Source: an uncultured Alcaligenaceae bacterium (GTDB taxonomy: Bacteria; Planctomycetota; Planctomycetia; Gemmatales; Gemmataceae). Taken from it: 64,000 nucleotides of DNA. The notes beneath the pieces were generated by a model. The model did not search any database and had not been told where the DNA came from. It saw only the letters and a program-made list of their open reading frames with translations. The stretch lies in contig CAZQXG010000005.1 in assembly GCA_964597065.1 (NCBI GenBank), forward strand, positions 6,700 to 70,699, in the 5' to 3' direction. The first letter of the stretch is position 1. Each line of letters starts with the position of its first letter. Made by a program: the position numbers and the translations under genes. This document shows positions 38,303 through 51,329 of the stretch, piece by piece.

Positions 38303-38429
38303 GGTCTGTTTCCTGTGCTGCAGGTTTATTGCATCATCATATGGAATCAGCCATGGAAAGACTTTGCTGGCGACAGACACGATCGGAAAGAGTATCATTA
38401 ATGAAACTCAGGATGCAGGAGGAGTTAAC

Positions 38430-39041
38430 ATGGCTTTCAGCAACTTCAGCCTCCAAGAACTCGCCAGGACCTATGAGGTGAGCGTTGGCATTGCACCGTT
38501 CATCCATGCAAGTCCTTATTCGGTGAACGAATACTTTGCCAACGACCTGGCCTTCGTGCGGCAAAACATGGACGTGCGCGTTTCCGAGGCAGCGATCTGC
38601 GAATTCATGATCGCGCCGGTGCTTAAAGAAATCTGGAAAGCCTACAGCGATACGTTCTTAATGTGGAGCCATGTTTCCTTTGGGAGGGAACAACCGCTGA
38701 TCGGGATGCCGGACTACTATTTTTCGTGGAGGTCGCCGCTCGGGCTAGTGCCGGACCAGCCCTACCTGATCGTGGCCGAGGCCAAGAAAGACGATTTCGA
38801 AGCTGGCTGGGGACAGTGCCTGGCAGCCATGCTGGCCGCCCAGAAGATGAACGGGCAAACGACTTGGACCGTCTACGGTTGCGTGTCCAACGGCAGCCTC
38901 TGGAATTTTGGAAAACTGAAAGGCCGGGTTTTCACCCAGGAGACTCAACAGTTCGTGATCACCGATCTGCCGCAACTTTTTGGGGCCCTGGATTATATCT
39001 TTGCTCGGGCCAAGGAGCAGGTGCAGGCACCGGCGGCTTGA
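38430..39041 (+). CDS. PD-(D/E)XK nuclease-fold protein, paralogue 1
   Basis: ATG after AGGAGGAG. PDYYF...LIVAEAKKDDFEAGWGQCLAAM gives a D...EAK motif typical of restriction-endonuclease-like proteins. Confidence 0.65.
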   Translation: MAFSNFSLQELARTYEVSVGIAPFIHASPYSVNEYFANDLAFVRQNMDVRVSEAAICEFMIAPVLKEIWKAYSDTFLMWSHVSFGREQPLIGMPDYYFSWRSPLGLVPDQPYLIVAEAKKDDFEAGWGQCLAAMLAAQKMNGQTTWTVYGCVSNGSLWNFGKLKGRVFTQETQQFVITDLPQLFGALDYIFARAKEQVQAPAA

Positions 39042-39068
39042 GGGAGCAATCGTCCCAGGAGAGCAGCT

Positions 39069-39680
39069 ATGGCATTCAGTGCCTTTGGCAGTCTCAAGGA
39101 AACCGCGAGAACCTACCAGATTAGCGTGGTGATGGAGCGGTTCGTCCAGGTCAAACCGTACCCGGTCAATGAGGCCTTTACCAACGAGTTGGAGTTCGTG
39201 CGGAAAAACATCGACGTGCGGGTTTCGGAGATCGCCATCGGCGAATTCATCATCGCGCCCGTCTTGAAAGAGATCTGGAAAGCCTACAGCGACACGTTTT
39301 TGATGTGGAGCCACGCTCCCTTTGGGACGGAAGCGCCCCTGGTCGGAGCGCCAGACTACTATTTTTCGCGGAAGTCGCCGCTCGGCTTGATGCCCGATCA
39401 GCCGGACCTGATTGTCGCCGAGGCCAAGAAGGACGATTTCGACGCCGGCTGGGGACAGTGCCTGGCAGCCATGCTGGCTGCCCAGAAGATGAACGGACAA
39501 ACGACGTGGACAGTCTATGGCTGCGTGTCCAACGGGAACTCGTGGAGCTTTGGAAAACTGGAAGGCCGGGCTTTCACCCAGGAGTTGCAAGAATTTGGCA
39601 TCACCGATCTGCCGCGGCTTTTCGGGGCCCTGGATTATATCTTTGCTCGGGCCAAGGAGCAGGTGCAGGCGGCGGCTTGA
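39069..39680 (+). CDS. PD-(D/E)XK nuclease-fold protein, paralogue 2
   Basis: About 75-80% identical to 38430..39041 with the same motifs. Its own SD (AGGAG) precedes the ATG. Confidence 0.65.
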   Translation: MAFSAFGSLKETARTYQISVVMERFVQVKPYPVNEAFTNELEFVRKNIDVRVSEIAIGEFIIAPVLKEIWKAYSDTFLMWSHAPFGTEAPLVGAPDYYFSRKSPLGLMPDQPDLIVAEAKKDDFDAGWGQCLAAMLAAQKMNGQTTWTVYGCVSNGNSWSFGKLEGRAFTQELQEFGITDLPRLFGALDYIFARAKEQVQAAA

Positions 39681-39882
39681 GCCACAGCAGGCTGGTTCAA
39701 GGGGTCACAACTAACGGGCGGAGTTCCACGCGATATTTGGCACCTTCCAGGGAGAGTTTTGTCCATTCGCCAAGTTGCACCGTTTTGATGGTTCGCAGAA
39801 AATCTCCTTGAATGCGAACCCCTTTGGGGCTTTCAACGGGCTTCGAAACTTCGAAGTAGATGTCCAGCCGGGCTTGCTTTGG

Positions 39883-41151
39883 TCAACTGTATGCCCCAAT
39901 CACCAAACAGCAATTATGCCCGCCGAAGCCGAAGCTATTGGACAGGGCGTGGCGAACCCGTGCCTCGCGCGGCGAATTGGGGACGTAATCAAGATCGCAG
40001 GCCGGGTCCGGGTTGTCAAGGTTGATGGTGGGGTGGATGACGCCGGTCGTGATGGTCAGGGCGGTGGCGATGAGCTCGACGCCGCCCGAGGCGCCCAGGA
40101 GATGGCCGATCATGCTCTTGGTGCTGGAGATGGCCAGTTTGGAGCAATGCTCGCCGAAGACGTGCTTGAGGGCGCGGGTTTCGGCCTCGTCGCCCAGGGG
40201 GGTGCTGGTGCCGTGGGCGTTGATGTATTGGATGTCCTCGGGATTGAGTCGGGCGTCCTTGAGGGCCAGCTTCATGGCCCAGGCGGCGCCGGTGCCGTCG
40301 GGATGCGGGGCGGTGATGTTGTGGGCGTCGGCGGTGCTGGCGCAGCCCAGGACCTCGGCATAAATGCGGGCGCCGCGCTTTTGGGCGTGTTCCAGCTCTT
40401 CGAGGATGATCAGCCCGGCCCCCTCGCTGAGGACGAAGCCGTCGCGATCGCGGTCGAAAGGGCGGCTGGCTCGCGGCGGATCATCGTTGCGGGTGGACAG
40501 GGCGCGGGCGGAGATGAAGCCGCCCAGCCCCATCGGCGTCGTGGCCGCCTCGGTGCCGCCGCTGATCATGACGTCGGCGTCGCCGTAGCGGATGGTGCGC
40601 ATGGCCTCGCCGATGGCATTGGCGGCCGAAGCGCAGGCGGTGGCCACGGCCGTGTTCGGCCCGCACAGCCCCAGCTGGATGGAGATGTTCCCCGGAGCAG
40701 CGTTCACCATCATCTTGGGAATGGTGAACGGGCTGATCTTGCCGGGGCCGCCGTGGATGTAGCGCGAATGCTGCTCTTCGTACTCGTTGAGGCCGCCGAT
40801 GCCGCTGCCCAGGGCCACGCCGCAGCGGTAGCGGTCTTCCTGGGAGAGGTCCAGGCCGCTATCCTTGACGGCAAACAGACAGGCCACCAGCGCGAATTGG
40901 GCATACCGGTCCAGCCGCTTGACTGTCTTGGAATCGAGGTACTCCTCGGCATTGAAGTTCTTCACCTCTCCGCCAAAGCGAACCTTGAAAGCGCTGGTGT
41001 CGAACTGCTCTAGCGGCGCGATGCCGCTCTTGCCGGCGCAAAGCGCCTCCCAGAACGACTTCAAGTCGCTGCACAGGGGGTTGACCGTACCCATCCCGGT
41101 TATGACCACCCGCCGGTAGCGGCCGCCCCCATTGAGATTGTCGCGCGTCAT
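39883..41151 (-). CDS. fabF: beta-ketoacyl-ACP synthase II
   Basis: [14 protein letters not shown]...[12 protein letters not shown]...HGTSTPLGD...NSFGFGGHN. Confidence 0.95.
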   Translation of the reverse strand: MTRDNLNGGGRYRRVVITGMGTVNPLCSDLKSFWEALCAGKSGIAPLEQFDTSAFKVRFGGEVKNFNAEEYLDSKTVKRLDRYAQFALVACLFAVKDSGLDLSQEDRYRCGVALGSGIGGLNEYEEQHSRYIHGGPGKISPFTIPKMMVNAAPGNISIQLGLCGPNTAVATACASAANAIGEAMRTIRYGDADVMISGGTEAATTPMGLGGFISARALSTRNDDPPRASRPFDRDRDGFVLSEGAGLIILEELEHAQKRGARIYAEVLGCASTADAHNITAPHPDGTGAAWAMKLALKDARLNPEDIQYINAHGTSTPLGDEAETRALKHVFGEHCSKLAISSTKSMIGHLLGASGGVELIATALTITTGVIHPTINLDNPDPACDLDYVPNSPREARVRHALSNSFGFGGHNCCLVIGAYS

Positions 41152-41393
41152 TTCTTTTTCAGCTCGTTTTCAATGTAATCGATGGCCTCGCCTACCGTTT
41201 TGATCTTCTCGGCTTGCTCGTCCGGAATGGTGATCTCGAACTCCTCTTCCAGTTCCATGACCAGCTCGACGATATCGAGCGAGTCCGCGCCAACGTCCTC
41301 CGTGAAGGAGGTGTTTCGAGTGACTTGCTCCTTGTTGACCCCGAGGTTCTCGCAGACGATCTCGATCACGCGCTGTTCAATTGATCCTTCCAC
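41148..41393 (-). CDS. acpP: acyl carrier protein
   Basis: GTG at 41393 lies 7-8 nt after GGGAGG. Has the [20 protein letters not shown] phosphopantetheine site. ATGA overlap with fabF. Confidence 0.9.
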   Translation of the reverse strand: MEGSIEQRVIEIVCENLGVNKEQVTRNTSFTEDVGADSLDIVELVMELEEEFEITIPDEQAEKIKTVGEAIDYIENELKKK

Positions 41394-41898
41394 AATTCGT
41401 TCCTCCCAACCTGGGCCCGGGACTGCACGGCAACGGAGGGGCCCCTCCGTCAACGGATATGTACCATAGGTTCCGCATGCTGGGCAAGGCATCTTGGGGG
41501 CCTGGGGACCTGGGCAAGACAGCCAATCTATTCCTTTAAAACACGCGACAACGGCAAAAAGGAAAAACTATACGGATTTTGCCAAAAGAAAAGGCCCCAA
41601 ACTCTTTCCCAAGCTCTGCTTCGGCTTCTCAGAAGCCTCGGAAGGCAGGACCGGATTTGCGTTCCCTGATTCTGGGACGTCGGCGAGTTCCCTTTGGGCT
41701 GCAGGTTCTGGATTGTTGTCTTCGACCCAACTACGGGGCGGTGATGTCGTATAATTCATATTGTGGAGACTCTGGAAGGAGCGAATCGATCTGCAGTCAT
41801 GAATCAACAGGATTGGCTCAAGTTCATTGAAGAGACGGCTGGGAAGGGGCAAGTGGTTCTTATCCAGAAAGTTCAGCAAATCCTCCAGAGGTGGTGCC

Positions 41899-43005
41899 AT
41901 GATACGTTCGCTATCGGGATTGGTGAGCGTAACTTGCTTGGTCATGGCCCCTGGCGGCGACCCTTCTGCGAAGAGCGATTCCCCCGCTCCGCCGTCCTAC
42001 CCCGACCGGACCAAGCTCTTGGTCTGGCGAGACTCGGCGGGAGTCGACCAGCCGATCCGCGATCGGGCCGGCTGGCAGAAACGCCGCGCGCACATCTTGG
42101 CCGCGATGCAGCTCGTCATGGGGCCGTTGCCATCGTCAAAGAGCAAGGTTCCACTCGACGTCCGCATCACCGAGGAAATCAAAACCGACAAGTACATCCG
42201 CCGGTTGCTGACCTTTGCCGCCGATGACAAGGACCGTGTGCCGGCATATCTTTTCCTGCCACTGAGAAAAAGCGGGAAACGCCCGGCCGTGCTATGTCTT
42301 CACCCGACCGAGCGCAAGCTGGGCAAAGCGGTGGCCGCCGGCCTCGGCCCCAAGGCCGATCGAGGCTATGCCGTCCACCTGGCGGAGCGCGGCTACGTGA
42401 CTTTGGCCCCGGACTACCCCAACATGGGCGGCTACCAGTATGACGCCTACAAGAACGGCTACGCCAGCACCGCCATGAAGGCCATCTGGAACCACATGAT
42501 TGCGGTAGATCTGCTCCAGTCCTTGCCCGAAGTGGATAAGGACCGGATCGGCGCCGTGGGCCACTCGCTGGGCGGGCACAACAGCATGTTCGTCGCGGTC
42601 TTCGACGAGCGGATCAAGTGCATCGTCTCGAACTGCGGGTTTTGCAGCTTCCGAACTTACATGAAAGGCAAGCTGGCCGGCTGGAGCCACGACGGCTACA
42701 TGCCACGGATTCGCACCGTCTACGATTTGAAGCCGGAGAAGATGCCGTTCGAGTTCATGGAAGTGGTGGCGGCGCTGGCGCCCCGGCCATTTTTGGCGAG
42801 TGCCCCGGTCCGCGATCACAATTTCGACGTGGACGGCGTCAAGGAGTGCATCGCCGCCGCTCGGCCCGTCTATCGCTTGCTTGGCGCCGCAGAAAAGTTG
42901 GCCGCCAACTATCCCGATTGCGATCACAACTTCCCCGGCGATGTCCGCCGCGTCGCTTACGAATGGCTGGACCGCTGGCTCGGAAACAAGGACGAATCAC
43001 ATTGA
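41899..43005 (+). CDS. alpha/beta hydrolase (dienelactone hydrolase / esterase-like)
   Basis: ATG at 41899 after GAGGTGG. Signal peptide and a GHSLGG nucleophile elbow. Confidence 0.8.
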   Translation: MIRSLSGLVSVTCLVMAPGGDPSAKSDSPAPPSYPDRTKLLVWRDSAGVDQPIRDRAGWQKRRAHILAAMQLVMGPLPSSKSKVPLDVRITEEIKTDKYIRRLLTFAADDKDRVPAYLFLPLRKSGKRPAVLCLHPTERKLGKAVAAGLGPKADRGYAVHLAERGYVTLAPDYPNMGGYQYDAYKNGYASTAMKAIWNHMIAVDLLQSLPEVDKDRIGAVGHSLGGHNSMFVAVFDERIKCIVSNCGFCSFRTYMKGKLAGWSHDGYMPRIRTVYDLKPEKMPFEFMEVVAALAPRPFLASAPVRDHNFDVDGVKECIAAARPVYRLLGAAEKLAANYPDCDHNFPGDVRRVAYEWLDRWLGNKDESH

Positions 43006-43047
43006 TGGGGATAGAATGCCGTCGATAGGAGTAACCGGAGGCACCCC

Positions 43048-45006
43048 ATGCAGCGGCGTGATTTTTTGAGTACGGTGGGCGCCATCGCCGCAGCGGATTC
43101 CCTGGCCGCCGCCGAGCCGAACCCTCCCAAGACCTATCGCATCATCGACACGCACCTGCACCTGTTCAACACCCGCTTGCAGGGCAAGAACGGGGTGCCG
43201 AAGTATATCGGCGTCGATGCCACGGTCGAGGCAGCCCTGGTCGCCATGGAGCGCGGCGGCGTCGACAAAGCGTTTCTCATTAGTTATGCCGCCGATGACA
43301 TTGCCGTGCAAATCCGGCAACGCGGCGTCAAGCCCGAATCCCTGCGCGACGTCATCAGCAAGCGCTACCAGTTCCAGGCCTTCCGGGCGCACCCTAAGCG
43401 CTTCTACTGGTTCACCGATCACATCGACCCGCTGCGGAAAAGCTACCTGGACGATCTGCGCCGCGACTTCGACGACGGCGCCAGCGGCATCAAGATGCTG
43501 CCCTGGTTTCATGGCGTGCTGCCCGACCATGCCTATTACCGGCGCGTTTACGAGCTGTGCCGCAAGCGGCGCAAGCCGGTGATCCTCGATCTGTCGTGGT
43601 GGTATTTCAACCTGAACCCGCTGTATAACGAGCCGGCTGCCCGGCGCCAGCTGGTGAAATCGTTCGCCGATTATGCCCGGCTGCTGTCGCCGTTGTTCCG
43701 CGAGTTTGGCGAAGTGCCGTTCTCGCTGGCCCACTGTGGCACGGCCCGGGCCAGCGAGGAATACGATGCCATCTTCGCGCTGATTGCGGCCCATCCCAAC
43801 GTCTCCTGCGACGTGGCCGCTGCCCGCGACTATTCCGCCAAGTTCCTCGAGCGCCTGGTCCGGGCCGTCGGCGCCCACAAGGTCATGTATGGCACCGATT
43901 GGCCATACTGGTCCAGCGGTCCCGACAGCTACCGCGCCGGCTCGCGCCGCTGGCGCATCGTGACGGACGAGAGCCCGTCGGTCAGCGAGCGCGACAAGCA
44001 GCTCATCCTGGCCGGCAACGCCGAACGCTTCGTTCGCAACCAGTTGCCCGACCAGATCGACCACCGCTCGCACCGCCTGCACCGGGACAGCATCGTGGTG
44101 GTGATGCACGACCACAATGCGATCGCGGCGGATGTGCCGTTGATGCGGGTGGGCGGGGTGACGGCCAAGGTTTACCAGCTCGGCGTGGACGTGGACATCG
44201 GCAAGGATTACCTGGCCAGCGCCCGCCGCCGCGACGGCTGGCGAAAACAGGCCCAGGCCGCCCTGGACCAGGCCCGCCAGGCCATCGCCGCCGATCCGAA
44301 GCGGCTGCTCTTGGCCCTCAATGCCGCCGACATCCGCCGCGCCAAAAAGGCAGACAAGATCGCCATCCTGCTGGGCGTCGAAGGCGGCAAGCTTCTGGAA
44401 GGGGACGTGGCCGCGTTGCGCCATTTCTACAAGGAAGGCCTCCGCGAGCTGCAACTGCGGTGGGCCGTCCCCAATCCGCTTGTCGAACAAGACACACTGA
44501 CCGATTTTGGCCGGGCCGTAGTCCGCGAGTGCAACCGCCTGGGCGTGATCGTCGATTTGACGCATATCCCGGAGCGGGCCTTCTTCCAGGCCATGGAAGC
44601 GAGCAAAAAGCCGCTCATCGTCTCGCACGGCACCGGCCGCGAGCTGGGCGGCAAGCGCCTCAAGGCCCTCGTATCCAGCGGCAGCGTGGTCGGCCTGCAT
44701 TTCTACACATCGTATCTGGGGGCTCGGCCCAACGTCGTCCAGGTGGTGGACGCCGTCGATTACCTGGTGCGACATGCCGGCCCGGAGCACGTCGGCCTGG
44801 GAGTCGATTTCTTCCCCACCACGGGGCCATGGCGCGATTTCCAGGCCGCCCAGGGAACAACCGACCCGGCCTGGGCCATACCCGACCTCAGTCACATGGA
44901 GGAAGTGTCTCGCGCCCTGGTCAGCCGCAATTATTCAGATCGGCACATTCGCGGCTTCTTGGGGGAGAACTTCTTGCGCGTCTGCCGCGAGGTTTTCGGG
45001 GGGTAG
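43048..45006 (+). CDS. Tat-signal amidohydrolase (TIM barrel) fused to M19 membrane-dipeptidase-like domain
   Basis: MQRRDFLSTVGAIAAA twin-arginine leader. N-terminal half: IIDTHLHLF...YGTDWPY. C-terminal half: VVVMHDHN...LGVEGG...VDLTHI...VSHG...GVDFF. Confidence 0.8.
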   Translation: MQRRDFLSTVGAIAAADSLAAAEPNPPKTYRIIDTHLHLFNTRLQGKNGVPKYIGVDATVEAALVAMERGGVDKAFLISYAADDIAVQIRQRGVKPESLRDVISKRYQFQAFRAHPKRFYWFTDHIDPLRKSYLDDLRRDFDDGASGIKMLPWFHGVLPDHAYYRRVYELCRKRRKPVILDLSWWYFNLNPLYNEPAARRQLVKSFADYARLLSPLFREFGEVPFSLAHCGTARASEEYDAIFALIAAHPNVSCDVAAARDYSAKFLERLVRAVGAHKVMYGTDWPYWSSGPDSYRAGSRRWRIVTDESPSVSERDKQLILAGNAERFVRNQLPDQIDHRSHRLHRDSIVVVMHDHNAIAADVPLMRVGGVTAKVYQLGVDVDIGKDYLASARRRDGWRKQAQAALDQARQAIAADPKRLLLALNAADIRRAKKADKIAILLGVEGGKLLEGDVAALRHFYKEGLRELQLRWAVPNPLVEQDTLTDFGRAVVRECNRLGVIVDLTHIPERAFFQAMEASKKPLIVSHGTGRELGGKRLKALVSSGSVVGLHFYTSYLGARPNVVQVVDAVDYLVRHAGPEHVGLGVDFFPTTGPWRDFQAAQGTTDPAWAIPDLSHMEEVSRALVSRNYSDRHIRGFLGENFLRVCREVFGG

Positions 45007-45012
45007 ATATCC

Positions 45013-45840
45013 ATGACCGAACTTCCCCCGCCGTCCGCCTCCGCGCATTGCTCCCTTGGCCCATCGACTCGGCAGGTGTTACTCGGCCTGTTCATCGTTG
45101 GGCAAATTTGCTTCTTGTTCACCAGCAACGCCATCAGGTTCTTGCAGCACTTTGCCTCAGCACTGAGAGACGACTCCCGCCAGGTGGGGGAGCAAATCGC
45201 TCCGGGTTTCCCTCGGGAACAAGGACACGTATGGGCGCTGCTGGATTCCGTGTCCAAGAGCAACCATTTATGGGCCCAGGCGACCGGACAGCTGCAGGAT
45301 TGGTCGCTATTCGCGCCGTCCGTGGCCGCCAATTGCGTTTTCCCCGCACTCGAGCTGCGCTGGGACGAGTGGGCCCCAGAATTATTTCTATCCGACAATG
45401 AACCGGCCGACGTGGAAGATTATTTTCGCCTGGGCTTCTTTCGCATGAGGCGGATGGAATCCAATCTGGTCATTACTCTGAAGGCTTATCCCCATGAAAC
45501 CGAACCGGAAAAGCTGGAACGCTGGAGAGAAAAGATTCATGCCCACATCCGGGATTATGGGGGAATGATCCACGCCTATGTTCGCTGGCGCTTGCCCCAG
45601 GTGATGGCCCGGTTGCCCGGTCGAAAGGACCCCCAGCAGATCATCGTCTGGTTCCGGCGCTACCACATCGTTGAACCGGAACAAGCGCCGCCGTTTTGGG
45701 AAGGCCCCGATGCTGTGCTGGTGGCACGGTGTGTGCGCGGGCAATCTGCCGTCGGCGGATCCGCTGCCGGGAGCAAAAACTACCAGCCCATGGAATGGTA
45801 CAACCCCGTGACCAAACGCTTCGAGGGAATGGCTCAATGA
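45013..45840 (+). CDS. membrane-anchored protein of unknown function, coupled to the HTTM gene
   Basis: 275 aa with one N-terminal TM helix. ATGA overlap with the next gene. Confidence 0.6.
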   Translation: MTELPPPSASAHCSLGPSTRQVLLGLFIVGQICFLFTSNAIRFLQHFASALRDDSRQVGEQIAPGFPREQGHVWALLDSVSKSNHLWAQATGQLQDWSLFAPSVAANCVFPALELRWDEWAPELFLSDNEPADVEDYFRLGFFRMRRMESNLVITLKAYPHETEPEKLERWREKIHAHIRDYGGMIHAYVRWRLPQVMARLPGRKDPQQIIVWFRRYHIVEPEQAPPFWEGPDAVLVARCVRGQSAVGGSAAGSKNYQPMEWYNPVTKRFEGMAQ

Positions 45841-47291
45841 CACCGCCCCCCCTCAACGACTTCACAGTGATGGGCCTCGAACCTTGGCTTCCTTGGCCGC
45901 TTTCTGGCTGGAATTGGTGGGTCAAGCCGGTTCGCGCAGAACGCTTGGCGGCGTTGCGGATCGGTTTGTCCGTGTGTCTGCTCGTGGATATCTTGACCAC
46001 GTATTGGCCGCACCTTTTCGATTTCTTCGGCACGGGGGGCATGGGCAGTCCCGAGTTCTTCGAATACTACGGCAGGCCGCCCAGGCTGCACTGGTCGCTG
46101 TTGCGCGGTTTCGGCCATCCACTTTTATCCATGCTGGCACTGCTCGCCTGGTTGGGATTGACCGCTTGGCTGGTCCTGGATTTGTGGGCACGCCGGACCA
46201 TTTCAAGGCACGAAGAACTCGGCACTGATCAGCCAGCGGGGGCCGGAAGTCGCTGGGTCCTGTTATGGTTCGTGGCTGGAGTCATCCTGGTGTTGGGGGT
46301 GTGGGCGCGGGCGCTCGCGGAAGAGGAATGCACACTGCGTGGCTGGTTACCGCTCGGCATGGCTGGGTTGGGCCTGGTCTTTTCTGCCTTCGATTTTCTT
46401 GACGGGTTCAGGGGTACCCGGTTGAGGGGTACCCGGTTGAGGGGTACCCGGTTGAGGGCCAGCCGTCACGACATTCGCCGCTGGTGTCTGCTGGCAAGCG
46501 GGTTGGCTCTTTTAGCGCTGGCGTGGGGCGGCCTGGCCATGCCCTTCGAGGACTGGGCCGCCGAGAAGGAGGACTTTTCTCTGGGCCATCGCCTGCTGCG
46601 TTCCTGGCAGGAAGACGAAACTTTTTTGGTTGTCGCTTTGTGGACCTGGGTGCTGGCGGTCGGGATGCTGCTGGCGGGATTTTGGACGCGAGCGGCGGCA
46701 GTTGCTGTCTGGGCGCTGAACTCGTCTTTTGCTCATGTCAACCCTTACATCGACAACGCCGGCGACGTCATTCGTGGGATCACCCTGTTTTTCCTCATGC
46801 TGTGCCCGTGCGGTGCGGTTTGGTCGGTGGATCGGCTCCTGCGGAAATGGCACGGAGCCCGACGCGTCAGAGCCCGCGTCAACGAGGGGACTCAGGATGC
46901 GGGGCCCGTGTACGTCTGGCCCTGGCCCTTGCGCCTTCTTTTTCTGCAAATGGTCTTCATTTACTTCTTGAACGGATTGTACAAGGCAACCGGCTCGGAC
47001 TGGGTGAAAGGGGAAAGTCTCTATTACGTCTTGTGCGACGTGGTCTTGACGCGCGTCTCCTTTGCCCAGTTGCCCATGCCATTCTGGTTGACGCAGGTCA
47101 TGACTTATACGGTGCTGGTCTGGGAAGTGAGTTTTCCCCTGCTGGTGGCATTTCGTTGGACGCGGCTCCTCGCCCTTTGTTTCGGCGTGGCGTTTCACCT
47201 GGGCATATTCGTCACCTTGGAACTGGGCGGCTTCGTGCCCTATATGTTGTGCCTTTATCTCCCCCTGTTGCCGTGGGAGCGGTGGCTATAA
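45837..47291 (+). CDS. HTTM (vitamin K-dependent gamma-carboxylase-like) domain membrane protein
   Basis: ATG at 45837. AALRIGLSVCLLVDIL and the multi-pass layout are typical of HTTM. Confidence 0.75.
   Translation: MTPPPLNDFTVMGLEPWLPWPLSGWNWWVKPVRAERLAALRIGLSVCLLVDILTTYWPHLFDFFGTGGMGSPEFFEYYGRPPRLHWSLLRGFGHPLLSMLALLAWLGLTAWLVLDLWARRTISRHEELGTDQPAGAGSRWVLLWFVAGVILVLGVWARALAEEECTLRGWLPLGMAGLGLVFSAFDFLDGFRGTRLRGTRLRGTRLRASRHDIRRWCLLASGLALLALAWGGLAMPFEDWAAEKEDFSLGHRLLRSWQEDETFLVVALWTWVLAVGMLLAGFWTRAAAVAVWALNSSFAHVNPYIDNAGDVIRGITLFFLMLCPCGAVWSVDRLLRKWHGARRVRARVNEGTQDAGPVYVWPWPLRLLFLQMVFIYFLNGLYKATGSDWVKGESLYYVLCDVVLTRVSFAQLPMPFWLTQVMTYTVLVWEVSFPLLVAFRWTRLLALCFGVAFHLGIFVTLELGGFVPYMLCLYLPLLPWERWL
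46410..46454 (+). repeat. 15-nt tandem repeat x3 inside the HTTM gene
   Basis: aggggtacccggttg x3 encodes GTRLRGTRLRGTRLR in a predicted loop. Confidence 0.9.
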
Positions 47292-47321
47292 TGAAAGCAC
47301 GGAGGAGCGGAGGAGAAAGAG

Positions 47322-47840
47322 ATGTGGAAACGACGGATCGTGGCGAGCGCGTTGGCCGTGGCCGTGCTATTCAGCTTCGTGCTCGCGCCGCTTTGGCTGG
47401 GGCGGTCCGGAGACATTCTCGAAAGAAGAGGAAAACCCATGGGAGAGAAGATCGTCAAGACGGATGAGGAATGGCAAAAGGTTCTGACGTCTGAGCAGTT
47501 CCGGGTCACGCGCCGCAAGGGGACCGAACGCGCCTTCACCGGCGAGTACTGGGACACCAAGAAAGAGGGCGTCTTCCAGTGCATCTGCTGCGGCCAACCG
47601 CTGTTTGATTCGAAGACCAAGTTCGAGTCCGGCACGGGCTGGCCGAGCTTCTGGGCGCCGATCGACGACAACCACGTCTCCCTGCACGCCGACAACAGCT
47701 GGTTCACGCGCCGGACCGAGGTGGTTTGCAGCCGTTGCGACGCCCACCTTGGCCACGTCTTCAACGACGGCCCGGCCCCGACCGGCTTGCGCTATTGCAT
47801 GAACTCCGCCGCTTTAAAACTGATCGAGAAAAAAGACTGA
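47322..47840 (+). CDS. msrB: peptide-methionine (R)-S-oxide reductase with N-terminal anchor
   Basis: CICCGQPLF...GWPSFW...CSRCDAHLGHVF...RYCMNS. Confidence 0.92.
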   Translation: MWKRRIVASALAVAVLFSFVLAPLWLGRSGDILERRGKPMGEKIVKTDEEWQKVLTSEQFRVTRRKGTERAFTGEYWDTKKEGVFQCICCGQPLFDSKTKFESGTGWPSFWAPIDDNHVSLHADNSWFTRRTEVVCSRCDAHLGHVFNDGPAPTGLRYCMNSAALKLIEKKD

Positions 47841-47898
47841 TCTCAATCCGAAATCAACAGACGCGGACGGCCCAGACGCGGACGGCCCACGGTTTGAA

Positions 47899-51183
<3,285 letters not shown>

Positions 51184-51329
51184 TCTTGTGTTCTTCCGAC
51201 GTGAACGGGGACGCAGGGCAAACTCAATTCTTTATAGAGGTTGGGATGGAGACTGTCTGCCCTGGTGCGCGAAACCGCCGAGCGAGCTTCACTCACGCCT
51301 GTCTGAGGTCTGGCCCGTTGCCCGTAGTT

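Noticed and set aside
41568-41945. 125-aa minus-strand ORF in the acpP/hydrolase divergent region
   Set aside because: It has no SD or family resemblance and overlaps the better-supported hydrolase start. It is left uncalled, though a real small gene cannot be excluded.
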